A stretch of DNA of 64,000 nucleotides from Eledone cirrhosa (lineage: Eukaryota). The stretch spans positions 65,782,001 to 65,846,000 of the forward strand of contig OZ024747.1 of assembly GCA_964016885.1 (NCBI GenBank), written 5' to 3'. Of the stretch, positions 13,522 to 25,482 are shown piece by piece. Numbering within the stretch: the stretch's first letter is position 1; the number at the start of each line of letters is the position of its first letter. A model generated the notes under the pieces. The model was given only the letters and a program-made list of their open reading frames with translations, had not been told where the DNA came from and did not search any database. A program made the translations under genes and the position numbers.

Positions 13522-14115
13522 TGGTTGCAAACTCGTTTTCGAGTACGGCCACTACTTTATATCCATGTAGGAGAACCCCTACCGATGGGCTGAACGAGTG
13601 TGACATTTTAGTCCAGCCAGTGACTTGAAAACTCTGGTACAAACACTACACTTGTGACAATTATTGACAGTGCTCGACCCATGGTACCATGTGACGACAA
13701 GTGCAGAGAGATCTCCAGATATAAAGCAATGCCTGTGCCGTGAAGCTTTTATAGTGAGCAAAGGCACTGCACAAAGCCAGTCCCACTCTCTTAACCAAGA
13801 TGATATTTACCAAAAAGAAAAACAAGTCAACATCATTGGATACCATCAGGGTTGCAGGTGTTATATCAGAGTTTTCCTTCTCCTAGAATTCTGCCTTGAC
13901 ACAGGCTAAGGGGTCATCTCTCCCGGTGATTTTGGATGGCCATTGACTTTTAAGAGCTCCTTTGCCCTTTGACAGGTTTTGTTTTTGGTCCTGCAGGATG
14001 TCCAAAGTCATCCTCCTCACCAAGAAACCTTGGTGGGGTTGCCAGTTTAGTCGCCAACGACCCGACCATGAGACAGGTTGTACTGGGATACATGTTACCA
14101 GTAGCACCAACTGGT
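13519..14115 (-). mobile_element. Non-autonomous RTE-type element (5'-UTR-like part joined to a C2H2-encoding 3' end); second copy at 47341-47785
   Basis: Minus strand encodes CSVCTRVFKSLAGLKCHTRSAH followed by a short UTR and SSR tail; two similar copies in the window. Confidence 0.6.
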
Positions 14116-14134
14116 GACCTGACATAATATATAT

Positions 14135-14221
<87 letters not shown>

Positions 14222-14224
<3 letters not shown>

Positions 14225-14660
14225 GTGAGATGCGTGATGCTGCATGGTAGTGAGACATGGACAGCAACTGCAGAGGACATGCGACGGCTGGAGAGAAATG
14301 AAGCAAGCATGCTCCGTTGGATGTGCAATGTCAATGTGCAGGAACGACCAAGCATAGACGAGTTGAGAGAGAAACTCTGTTTAAGAGGGATAAGTTGTGG
14401 TGTGCAGGAGATAGGACTGAGATGGTATGGACATGTGATGCGCATGGAGGTTGAGCGCTGGATAAAGAAGGGAGACGCAGTAGAGGAAGACCACGAAAAA
14501 CATGGGTGGAGGTGGTGAGAGCTGACCTCAGATCGCTGAAACTCACCAAGGAGATGACAAAGGACCGTGACAAGTGAAGAGATGCTCTGCTAAAGAGGAC
14601 CTGTCCCACCCTTTCAAGCAGGGAAAAGCGGACGTAAAATGATGAACAGACGATGATAAT
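14222..14660 (+). pseudogene. RTE LINE 3' end
   Basis: VMLHGSETW..RRLERNEASMLRWMC..LRWYGHVMRM, ending cccaccctttcaagcagggaaaagcggacgtaaaatgatga. Confidence 0.85.
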
Positions 14661-15029
14661 GATGCTCTCTATATATCTATCTCTCTATCAATCTATCCAG
14701 ATATCTGTGCATCAGTCTATCTATTTACCTATAAACACCCTCCTGCACGTCTCACTCCGTCTCAGGATCACCGAGACATCACCAACAACCAACCCACGCT
14801 GTGGGAAACATTCCTCCCCGGGGCACACCCTGGTACTTCACACCATCTGTCTGTCTCGCTGCCTAACTACCGAGAAATCCGGCTTCTGTGCTTGCCTAAT
14901 TTGTAGGTTATTAGGCAGTTGGCACGTTTGCGGAAGTTGGTTTTGCAAATGGTTAAAACACTTGCATCACAAAATTCAAGAAGCATCACTCCTTGTTTTA
15001 TCTTTCTCATCTTTACCTAGGCTTGCATA

Positions 15030-15093
15030 AGTTAGTGTTACGGTTAGTGTTACGGTTAGTGTTAGGGCTAGTGTTACGGCTAGTTTTAGGGTT
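15030..15093 (+). repeat. Degenerate telomere-like 6/12-mer array (GTTAGT/GTTACG/GTTAGG)
   Basis: gttagtgttacggttagtgttacgg...ttagggtt. Confidence 0.6.
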
Positions 15094-15134
15094 AATTGAG
15101 GGCAAGAGACTACTGCTAGGTAAAGAAAAGAAAT

Positions 15135-16050
15135 GCTTCATTTACAAGCAATTTTTACAAACAGCCACAATGACAGGACGGAGACATCGTTACGCTAGCA
15201 GGGGATTTCAAACTTGTGGCTGGATCAGAGTTCCAACCAGACAGAGAGTGACATGGTGGTGGGACAGCACGGTAGATCGGGCCATTGGAGACTAAAGATT
15301 AGCCTGGAATGCTTGGAAAATTAGTGGGAGAAGAGAAGAATATACAGCCGCTAAGAGAGAAGCTAGACGTCAGGTGTACTTAGCACGCAAGGAGGCTGCT
15401 CGACGGGAAGATCAAAGACGTGCGGTGTTCCGTATTGCGAGGCTGTGTGTCAGTGGAAATCGAGATTAAGTTTGTCTGCTTAATGATGCCGGCGTACTTA
15501 GTTTTACGGATGGTCAGAAAAAGGAGGCCTGGAAATGTCATTAAGAGAGACTGATGAATGTAGAGACCCAATGTGAGAGAGTGAGGAATTACCCCGCAGT
15601 ACATCCGACAGAGGGACCAGCTATTCAGATTGACGAATATATGGTCTAAGAGGCGATTAAGGAAATGAATAATGGTAAGGCAGCTGGACCGTCAGGAATA
15701 GTTGCTGAGATGCTGCAGGCATCAGGGGACATAGGCACTAAACTGGTTGCACGCTTCATCAAATCAGGCTATATATGTCGGTGTTGTACTCAAAGACTGC
15801 TGCAGCAATATTCTCGTAAATTGCTACCAAGGTAAAGGGGATGCCTGGACATGAGCAATTATAGGGGAATAAAGCTGATGGATCAGGTTGTGAAATTGGC
15901 AGAAAGGATATTAGCGCAACTAATTATAGAAAGGGTCCAACTAGATGCGATGCAGTTTGGTTATATGCCTGGGAAAAGTGCAACAGATACCCTCTTCTTA
16001 GTGAGACAACTACAAGAGAGGTTCTTAGAAGCCACTATACTTAGCTTTTG
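15135..16050 (+). pseudogene. RTE LINE ORF fragment (linker to RT domain 2)
   Basis: TWWWD, GKAAGPSGIVAEML, YQGKGDALDMSNYRGIKLM, MQFGYMPGKSATDTLFLVRQLQE; disrupted. Confidence 0.85.
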
Positions 16051-16264
16051 TTGAAATAACTTCCTTTCTCTTACTGTAACTGGTCATAACTGCAAAATAA
16101 AAAACAGTAGCGTTAGAGTGAACAGTGATGTGGTGTAGTGTAGTGTAGTGTAGTGTAGTGTGATTTAGTATGGTGCAGTTTAGTGTGGCACAGTACACTG
16201 TAAAACATATTTAGCCAATCTCTGACATTTACAAATCTTTCAGGATATATATATATATATATAT

Positions 16265-16610
16265 GGAGGCACATGGCTTAGTGGTTAGAGCATTGGCCTT
16301 GCAATCGAAAGGTTGTGAGTTCAATTCTCAGACCGGGTGATGTGTTGTTTCCTTGAGCAAGACACTTTATTTCCTAATTGCTCCAGTTTACTGAGCTGTA
16401 GAAATGAGATGATAGGGGTAGGGGTCCCTATCATTCCACTGCAAAGTGGTCGTGGAGGTGCCACGGCAAAAAAGCACCCAGCACTCACTGTAAATGAGGT
16501 TGGTGTTAGGAAGGGCATCCAGCTGTAGAAATCAAGCCAGAATCAGTTCCCGTCCCACCCTTGCAAGCAGGGAAAAAGCGGACGTAAAATGAAATGATGA
16601 TGATGATGAT
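16265..16610 (+). mobile_element. tRNA-derived CORE-like SINE with RTE-derived 3' tail
   Basis: A box TGGCTTAGTGG, B box GAGTTCAATTC, ccttgagcaagacactt core; tail matches the RTE end at about 14603-14645; (GAT)n terminus. Confidence 0.8.
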
Positions 16611-16699
16611 ATATATATATATATTATATATATATATATATATATGGGAGAGAGAGAAATTACCCTCAGTAGGTCAGACAGAGGGACCAGCTATTGAGG

Positions 16700-16784
16700 A
16701 CGCACCCGACCGTTGTTGTCGTAATCACCGAAAAAGGCGGCGGCGGCAGCAGAAGCGGCGATAAAAGGAAATAAGGAGACGCGG
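16700..16784 (-). other. Start of ITS1 (truncated)
   Basis: GC-rich sequence immediately 3' of the 18S GGATCATTA end; no 5.8S or 28S follows. Confidence 0.75.
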
Positions 16785-16833
<49 letters not shown>

Positions 16834-16985
16834 TTTCCTCTAAGCGATCGGGTTCGGTCGTCTTCGCCGGGCCATCAGAGAGCGCACCGACGACGACAAC
16901 GAACCGAACTGACGGCCGACTCGAAACGCCGCCGCGCGGCCTGCGAACTCGTCGGCCAGATCCGAGGACCTCACCGGACCGTTCG

Positions 16986-17021
<36 letters not shown>

Positions 17022-19464
17022 CGGACGTGATCGACGCGGGCTGATGACCCGCGCCTACCGGGAATTCCTCGTTCACGGGGTTGGTTCCAGGCCCCGATCA
17101 CTATCACGGGAGGTGGTTCAGAGGTTTCCCGACCCTCTCGGGGCGGGGGAGTGGCGCCCGCTGATACCTCCAGTGTAGCGCGTGTGCGGCCCCGGACATC
17201 TAAGGGCATCACAGACCTGTTATCGCTCCGCTCGTGCGGTTTTCTGCCGCCCGTCCCTCTAAGAAGCGCTGCGTTCGCCAATCGACTGGCCCGGACGCGA
17301 CGACGTGCCGTGCCGGGGCTGTTCGCGCCGGTCCCCCCCCCTCCCGAGCCCGAAAAACCGACCGCCGCCGCCGCCAGCGCTGCCTCCATTCCTCCATTCC
17401 GCATGCGAACTCGCGAAAGAAGAAGACGACGACGACGACGCGACGACGACGGCAACGGCAACGGAAGCCCGAGCTCGAAGAAAAAGGGAAAAAAACCGAA
17501 CGCAGGACAGCTTACTGACGACGGCTTCGGCGCCGCCACGCTACCGGAAAAGCACTAATCGACGCGCTAGTTAGCAGGCCGGAGTCTCGTTCGTTATCGG
17601 AATCAACCAGACGGATCGCTCCACCAACTAAGAACGGCCATGCACCACCACCCGCCGAATCGAGAAAGAGCTATCGATCTGTCAATCCTACCGGTGTCCG
17701 GACCGGGTGAGTTTTCCCGTGTTGAGTCAAATTAAGCCGCAGGCTCCACTCCTGGTGGTACCCTTCCGTCAAATCCTTTAAGTTTCTGTTTTGCAACCAA
17801 ACTCCCCCCAGAACCGACTATGGTTTCCCGCGCAGGCTCCCCGCCGGGTCATCGAGGCGAACGCCGGCGGAGCGCCAGTCGGCATCGTTTACGGTCGGAA
17901 CTACGACGGTATCTGATCGTCTTCGAACCTCCGACTTTCGCTCTTGATCGAGGAAAACGTGCTTGGCACACGCCGTCGCTACAGTGCGTATTGCGACGAT
18001 CCAAGAATTTCACCTCTAACGTCGCAATACGAGTGGCCCCGATCGCTCCCTTCGACCATTGCCTCGTCGTGAACGGAGACAGACGGATGATGCGCGGACG
18101 AGGCCATTTTCCATCATTCCATGCTTTTCGTATGCAAGCCGGTGCGGCTCGCTCTGAGCACTCTAATTTTTTCACAGTGAACGTACCGGCTGCCTCGGAC
18201 ACTCGGTAAAGAGCACCCTCGGAGGAACCGTGCGGATCGGCGGCGAAACGGAACGAAGACAAACGGTGGCCGCAGGAAAGCGACACGCCGACGACGACGG
18301 AACCGGCCACGCCGTCGTGTCCAACCCTGGCGACGAACCTCTCCTTTCGAAAAGAAAAAGGGACGCGCGCAGAGAGAAAAAACAAAACCGCGAGGTAAAC
18401 GCGCGACCGCGGCGAGGTGACGGCACGACGACGTAAGAACCTCTGAAAAGCCAAGCGAGACGAACCTCAAGCCCTGACCGGAGCGCGGCGACGAAAACGA
18501 GAGTCGAGCGACGCCCGCGGTAAAGCAAAGCGCCGCCGCCGCCGCGTCGTCCCCGATCGCACAGTGGAAAAAAGGCTAAGGGAAAGCAAGAAGCGAGGCA
18601 AGAAGGTAAAAACGCGCCGTCAGCACCGTGACGCCGAGCGGCGATGCACGCAGAGATCTGCGGCCCGACCGCGCACGCACCGGCGAATAGGGCCGGGAGT
18701 GCGACGGACGACCGAAGTCGACGCGCGGCGCGCGAACGACAACGGCGCCGTCGCCCCGAACGCGCTGACGACGCAGCGCGCTTAAAAGACCCGAATTCCG
18801 ACTACGAGCTTTTCAAACGCAACAATTTTAATATACGCTACCGGAGCTGGAATTACCGCGGCTGCTGGCACCAGACTTACCCTCCGGTCGATCCTCGCTA
18901 ACGGATTTGAAGTGTACTCAGTCCGATCGCGGGGCCTCGACAGAGTCCCGCGTCTTTATTTTTCGTCACTACCTCCCCGTGCCGGGAGTGGGTAATTTGC
19001 GCGCCTGCTGCCTTCCTTGGATGTGGTAGCCGTTTCGCATGCTCCCTCTCCGGAATCGAACCCTGATTCCCCGTTACCCGTTGCCACCACGGTCAGCACT
19101 TACCGGGCCGTCGACAGTTGATAGAGCGGACTCGGGGGTGGGGGGACCCGTCGCGCGAAGGCCAGAAGCGATTCTAAGCCCGTGCGATCGTACTGACAGT
19201 TATCCAGAGTCAACAAAGTCGAATTGACTGCCGGGGCGGCAGCAGCATGCGGCGTCGAGGAAGAAGAGGAGGCGGCGGCGGCGGCGCCGGCGGTTGTGGC
19301 GCTGCTCCCTCCGCTTTCGATTCAGCAGCTGCTGTCGCCGTTGCTGCGACGGAAAAAGAAATCGGTTCGACATGGCGGCGGAATGCGGTCAACGGAAGAG
19401 AGTTAGGAAGACGACGACGACGACGAACGCAAGAGCGTAAAGCGCGGCGTCGCGTAACCTAGGT
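16785..19464 (-). rRNA. 18S rRNA: 18S rRNA, dispersed pseudogenic copy with large GC-rich expansion segments and a 5' internal deletion
   Basis: Universal motifs on the minus strand: AACAAGGTTTCCGTAGGTGAACCTGCGGAAGGATCATTA, GTACACACCGCCCGTC, GCATGGCCGTTCTTAGTTGGTGG, GTGCCAGCAGCCGCGGTAATTCCAGC, CCAAGGAAGGCAGCAGGCGCGCAAATTACCC. The 5' end is reduced to TACCTAGGTT, without the GATCCTGCCAG or AAGCCATGCATG block. Confidence 0.95.
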
Positions 19465-20323
19465 AGGTATGCCGGGGCAAACCTGGACGCCGACCGACGA
19501 CGGAGGCGCCGCAAGCAGGGACACCCGGACTTGATGCCAATGTCCCTTCGGGAGGGACGCCGCCGCTCTCTTTCATCGATATCGCGTCGCCGTTGGCAAA
19601 ACGAGGGTAGCTACGGCTAAACCCAAGCCCGCCGCGGCGGTGGCGACGCAACGCGAGATCAGCGGCATGATCTGACCGGGTCCACGACGAAAAGCCGAAA
19701 CCTTCGTCCCAGCAGGAAGAGTGCGCACGTCGTCGCCGTCGTACATCGTCGTCAAGCGCGGAGCAGGGCATTTAGGCAGCGCTCCTGCGTTAAAACGACG
19801 GCGATTATGACGGACGGGTATTTCCTGCTGTGACGGAAGGGCGTTCGAAAGGCGGAACACGAAAGGCGGCTAGTCGTCAGGCCGAGGGTCGGCGAGCGAA
19901 CGAAAACTAAAGAAAAGAAAAAAAAAGAGACGAGGAGGAAGCGGCGGCGCGAGGCGTTCGGCGAAAAGGGAACAGACTTTTACGCCGCCTGCGCGGGAAG
20001 GCTCTCGTTTTTGGGTCAACCGAGGAGTAATTTTCGGTGCTCCAGCAGTAACGAACGTCTTCTCTCGTGGGTCCAGTCGGGCGGCGGCGGCAGCGGTCTT
20101 TAAAGGCAATAATTTGTCGATGGCGGCGGCGGCAGCGGTCTTTAAAGGCAATAATTTGTCGATGGCGGCGGGTACGGGCTGTAACGTGCGGGCGGGCGCG
20201 GACGAGGACGACGACGCATATAGGGTATCCGAGCACGCCTAACCCGTAACCTACGCAGAAAACCGAAAGCTGCAACGGCTAGCGCCCTTCCGTTCACTGA
20301 GCTCGTCCGACCGAGGTTACCCT
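19465..20323 (-). other. 5' external transcribed spacer of rDNA
   Basis: GC-rich sequence between the 18S start and the TATATAGGG motif; includes a 42-bp duplication at about 20081-20170. Confidence 0.65.
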
Positions 20324-20350
20324 ATATAGTAGACAGGACACCCTGGCCGC
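20299..20350 (-). promoter_or_regulatory. Putative RNA Pol I gene promoter / start site (TATATAGGG, +1 about 20323)
   Basis: Minus strand cggccagggtgtcctgtctacTATATAGGGtaac; resembles plant and arthropod rDNA start motifs; duplicated 480 bp upstream. Confidence 0.6.
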
Positions 20351-20778
20351 GCTGCATTCTCCGCGATCGTCGCTAATTCCCCGAGGGCGATCCACCGGCC
20401 ATGGATCGGCTGCGGAACCGCCTAGACGGCGGGATGGCTTCGGTTCCGCTGTCGATGCGGGACCTTGAATGGCTAGAGAGATAGAAGGCGGCGTGTCGTC
20501 GGCGAAGCTACACCACTTCGCCGTTCGGGCGTCGTCGTCGGCTGGATTCCCCTGCAGCCACACGGGTCAGTGGCGGCCGACTCGGCATGCATCAACGGCG
20601 GAACACGCATCGGAGGCGGAGGGCGGGCGTTAACGTGCAGGCAGCGCGGACGAGTACAGGTCGGCATATCGTTCGAAACGGAGACAGCCGCCATCGCATA
20701 GGGTAAGCCGGCACGTACTCGTCTTGAAAACGGAATATTCACAAACCGCAACGTATAGCACCCGTAACCGTTTTCTTC

Positions 20779-20830
20779 GAGCTCGTCCGATCAAGCTTAC
20801 CCTATATAATAGACAGGACCCCCTGGCCGA
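20779..20830 (-). promoter_or_regulatory. Putative Pol I spacer promoter (duplicate)
   Basis: cggccagggggtcctgtctatTATATAGGGtaagc; part of a diverged 480-bp IGS repeat. Confidence 0.55.
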
Positions 20831-21031
20831 GTAGATATAACCGTGAGCGGTCGGTTTCTCCGGCACCTACTCGCAACCTTACGGGTCGGCGGCGGAACCG
20901 CCTCACCGGCGGGTTGCGTTCTTACGCGCGATCGAAGCGGGGAGGCGTGGACGAATAAGGGAACGTTTACCGGGTGGAAGGCGGAAGGCGTCGTGTCGCG
21001 TATACACGCCGCCTTGCTGCCTGCCTTTCCC

Positions 21032-21925
21032 GGTTGGTGCGAGCAACGGCTAAAGAAAGTCGTTGGGACACGTAAATAGGGGGAACGAGCGAGACAGTAA
21101 ACAAACAAAGATGGTAATGCAACGAAAAGTGAGGTAGAAGTAGTCAAGTCGCTGAAATCGATGAACATAAGTTCTGTGAAATCGTAGACGAGAGAGAATA
21201 AAGACCATCCAACCTGGTCGAAATGTGAGCGAGGAAAGAATTTCGCACAGGTCAAACGGGAGGAAGAAGGAGTCAAGTACCTGAAATCGATGAACATAAG
21301 TTCTGTGAAATCGTAGACGAGAGAGAATAAAGACCATCCGACCTGGTCGAAATGTGAGTGAGGAAAGAATTTCGCACAGGTCAAAAGGGAGGAAGTAGGA
21401 GAGGGAGTAGCAGAGAGTGAGTGAGTGAGTGAAAGTGTGAGGAAGAGGCTAACAGAGAGAGTGACTGGCAGAGGGATTAAAAGGAAGTGAGAGATACAGA
21501 GAAAGAGGAAGCAGTAAGAAAGAAACAGACGGGTCACAGCGGAGGAAAATATATAAATATATGAAAAATATGAAAACATGGCGTGCTGCGTGGTTGCAAA
21601 TGGGTTACATATGAATAAATGTAGTCCTTCATCAGTGATCTTCCAGCCTTCATTGGTATTTCATCGCTTTAAAGACCATATACCACTGGTTGGTGCGAGC
21701 AACGGCTAAAGAAAGTCGTTGGGACACGTAAATAGGGGGAACGAGCGAGACAGTAAACAAACAAATATGGTAATGCAACGAAAAGTGAGGCAGAAGGAGT
21801 CAAGTCCCTGAATTCGATGAACATAAGTTCTGTGAAATCGTAGACGAGAGAGAATAAAGACCATCCAACCTGGTCGAAATGTGAGTGAGGAAAGAATTTC
21901 GCACAGGTCAAACGGGAGGAAGAAG
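21032..21925. repeat. Purine-rich subrepeat block (about 130-bp tandem plus 235-bp direct repeat)
   Basis: 21032-21268 is similar to 21688-21925; 21140-21270 is similar to 21270-21395. Confidence 0.85.
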
Positions 21926-23585
21926 ATATATATTTATCTTCGGATTGCTATTGTTGTTATTGTTGACCTTGTCCCAAAACGCATACATTGGTAAATATAC
22001 AAGAATTATAGATAGCTGTTAGTCGATCACTTGACCATCTTGCCAACACTGTGTAAGAAAGAGAAGTAGGCTGGAAAATATAAAATTACCATCTCCTTCC
22101 CAAACAAATCAAGCAAAAATGGTTAGCACTTGATACATGCATTTTATGATATGGTAGGCAAATGCCGATTTATAATAGTCAAACTGGAAGAGAAAACAAG
22201 AAATTCGAAATTTGTATTTTAAATATTGAACTAGAAAAATTGAAATCTAATTAAGTTTCAGACAGCAGTCTCAATACAATGATATCTGAATTAAAGAAAT
22301 CAGCAGCTGTAACAATAACAATGACAGCAGCAGTAACAACAACAATAGCAGCAATAGTAACATAAAAAATAACAACAACAGCAATAACAGTAGCAGCAGC
22401 AGTTGAAACACCAACCAACAACAACGACAGCAGTAGCAGCAGCAACAACAAAATCAACCACAAAGCAGCTAGACCGACAGGAGTAGTAAGAACAGCAATA
22501 TCAATATCCGGTGAAGGAATGTGTAATTGAGTTCTGAAGTGTCACAAGGGAAGTAATCTTCTTTACAATTCCGCCAGTCACTTCATGAAGATTAAAAAGG
22601 ATTATTTTTAAAGTCATAAAACTATTTCTGGTTTAATTTGTTCAAAATGTCACTTAAATACTAATCAATGGTTGTTTATCAACCAAACTTTTAAGTGTTG
22701 CTCACCATTGAGACCTCTCTTTCGTTTTTCTTTGTCAAATTAGGACGAGGACATCTTGGCTGAAGAAAGAGCCCCACGAAGTGGAATGGCTAATGTAGGT
22801 CGTAGCTAAGATATACCGTCCAACCAAGGGTATAGAGTTTTCCCTTTCCTTGTTTCTCTTCCTTTTCTCTCATCCATGCCAGGTCAATGCCCCAAGGACA
22901 CCACCAGGAATCAAGGGCCAAACGTAAATCATATCTTGGACAACATTATATAAAGTAATTTTCCTACTTCTTTTTTTTTTGTGATAGTAGAATGCGATTC
23001 TGATGGAGATTTGGGTGTTATTTTTAACAATCCAAGTGAGCAATCCTATAGGGGCTCCCCCTTTGAACTGGAGGTGTACGGGCTATCATAGCTGCTTAAA
23101 AGGAACCCATTGCAATAATTACTGGAGAACTTATGGGTGATACATGGTTTAAAGCATTTATATTATTTCTTTTGTTAAAATTAGATTTGTATCTTGTCAA
23201 AATAAATCATGTTTATGCAGTTACAACATTAATTTTAATAACAATTTCAACAACATCGGAATAATTGCATTTTCACTTGTTCCACAGCAACACCATTTAG
23301 CAATGCATGACGTGTGATATCATCTGGTCACTCAATGTCACACAGTTTCTTTCTATTCTCACTCGACTCCATTTTATTTGATTTCATGCTAATATACCTT
23401 AGAGCGTACAGGCACTCCTCCAGATACGACCTACCCACATTTATGATCATGTAAACACGTACGCTATTTTCTCTTGGCATTTATTATGTTATAACGGTTA
23501 AAGCTAAATATTCCTATGTTCGAACATATTTACACAGAGAAACAAAAACCACGTGTGGGTAAATACGTATTGGTAAATGCATATA

Positions 23586-23765
23586 ATTGCTTCTACTTTT
23601 GGCACAAGGCCAGCAATTCTCCCAGTGCATTACTGGTACTTTATTTTATCGACCCCGTAAGGATGAAAGGCAAAGATAGCCTCGGCGAGATTTGAACTCA
23701 GACCGTAAAGGGGCGTAACTCTTTGCTGCAAAGCATAACGTCCGACCTTCTACCGATGCTGCCAT
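23586..23765 (-). mobile_element. tRNA-derived SINE (Meta-domain-like), family A
   Basis: Minus strand TGGCAGCATCGG..GAGTTCAAATC..gcctttcatccttacggggtcgataaaataaagtaccag; more than 10 copies in the window. Confidence 0.85.
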
Positions 23766-23881
23766 TCCACATATAATAATGTATAAACATGATATAATAA
23801 AATATATTAGCTACGTAGTACAGTACATACTACTAATACATATAAAATACCATTCTCCATGTCATATGTATAGATTTTAAA

Positions 23882-24088
23882 GTTAGGATTAGGGTTAGGG
23901 TTAGGGTTAGGGTTAGTTTAGGGTTTGTGTTAGGGTTAGGGTTTATGTTAGAGTTAGGGTTTGGTTTAGTGTTAGTGTTAGGGTTATGGTTTGGGTTAGG
24001 ATTAGGGTTAGGTTTTGGGTTAGGTTTAGGGTTAGGCTTTGGTTTAGGGCTAGGGTTAGGGTTTGGGTTAGGATTTGGGTTAGGGTTG
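23882..24088 (+). repeat. Interstitial degenerate (TTAGGG)n
   Basis: About 34 hexamers of TTAGGG/TTTGGG/TTAGTG. Confidence 0.85.
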
Positions 24089-24157
24089 GAAGAGAATCAT
24101 GTCTTACCTGTATTACATAATATTACAGAAAATTCAAACATTATTATATAAAAAAAG

Positions 24158-24340
24158 GGCGGTGAATTGGCAATACCGGTAGAGGGTTGGACGCCATGCT
24201 TTCTAGCATAGTTACGTCCCTTTACAGCCTGAGTTCAAATCCTGCCGAGGTTAACTTTGCCTTTCATCCTTACGGGGTCGATAAAATAAAGTACCAGTAA
24301 TGTACTGGATAATTGCTGGCCTTGTGCCCAAAGTAGAACA
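24158..24340 (+). mobile_element. SINE family A
   Basis: A/B boxes plus the same body; inverted relative to the 23586 copy. Confidence 0.85.
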
Positions 24341-24831
24341 TTTTTTTATATAAAAATGGATTTTTTTGATACCTTGTGGAAAAGAAAATCTAATTATTGG
24401 CTCTCTGCGATGTCAAATTTACCTTTAACCTTTTCTCCTTTTCCAAGTCGATATAGTTAATCCAATAATTTACTCTTTTTTGTTTTTCTTTCTTTCTTTC
24501 TTACTATCTTACGCTTGTTACCTCTTTCTATTTGCCTCTACATTTTTTTCTGAGACAGATATCTGTTGTGGTTAGATTTGGAGAGTGATAGGCACAACCA
24601 GGTCTAAATTGTTGAGACATGCCGAGTGTCCCAACGACGCCCATACAATTCCATCAGTATTTCAGAGCCAATTTATGTGTGGATGGATGCAGTTAGATAA
24701 ACCAATGGCCGTTGTAGTAGCAACAGAAGAGACAAAGCAAACGAACAGGGCATTTGTGAACCAGTAGTTATATATGTGTGTGTGGAGTTGATAAGTGGGT
24801 AGCTTGTAGAATGATAACAGTGACAAGTAAA

Positions 24832-25028
24832 ATGAAATTATCATATGATCCACATGCCAGGTGCAATCTGTTTGAACACGGAAGAGTCGAACTCCCACTG
24901 TCACCACATCCATCTTTCTCGCCCTCCCCATCTCTCTGTATTGTGAGCAAATGGGATCCAACGTGCTGGCCGCCCCACAGCCCCGGCGGACAGAATGGAG
25001 AATGCGTGTCGGCGGAGGATATGCGTCG
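24832..25028 (+). CDS. Candidate host coding exon (unknown product)
   Basis: Non-repetitive, GC-richer open frame MKLSYDPHARCNLFEHGRVELP...AEDMR ending at a consensus donor CG|gtgagt; no family recognised. Confidence 0.3.
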
Positions 25029-25291
25029 GTGAGTGGATTATTGCCGATCAGTTAAATGGGTCCTCTTGTGGATGTGGTGTTGGTTTGTGTGCAACAAAAG
25101 TAGTAGAATTAACATCAGCCCATCACCCTTTCATATTTCCAGGGTTGATAAATAAAGTACAAATCTAGGGACTTGTGTGCCAGAGGATTACTCAGTCAGA
25201 GCTGAGCGGGAGCGGGGCCTACGTTATCACCTCCATCACGACGACAACGACGATAACCACCACCACAATCATCACTATCACAACCACCACA

Positions 25292-25326
<35 letters not shown>

Positions 25327-25341
25327 ACACCACGACCACCT

Positions 25342-25378
<37 letters not shown>

Positions 25379-25426
25379 GCTGCTTCTGCTACAACAACAA
25401 CAACAACAACAACAACCACAACAACA

Positions 25427-25482
<56 letters not shown>

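Noticed and set aside
16808-21079. Many GC-rich ORFs on both strands
   Set aside because: They overlap 18S/ETS/IGS and are by-products of high GC content.
22744-22795. Possible exon (DEDILAEERAPRSGMAN) after a pyrimidine tract
   Set aside because: Ambiguous donor and no recognisable homology.
24158-24250. tRNA gene
   Set aside because: The A/B boxes belong to a multi-copy SINE head; no cloverleaf or acceptor stem.
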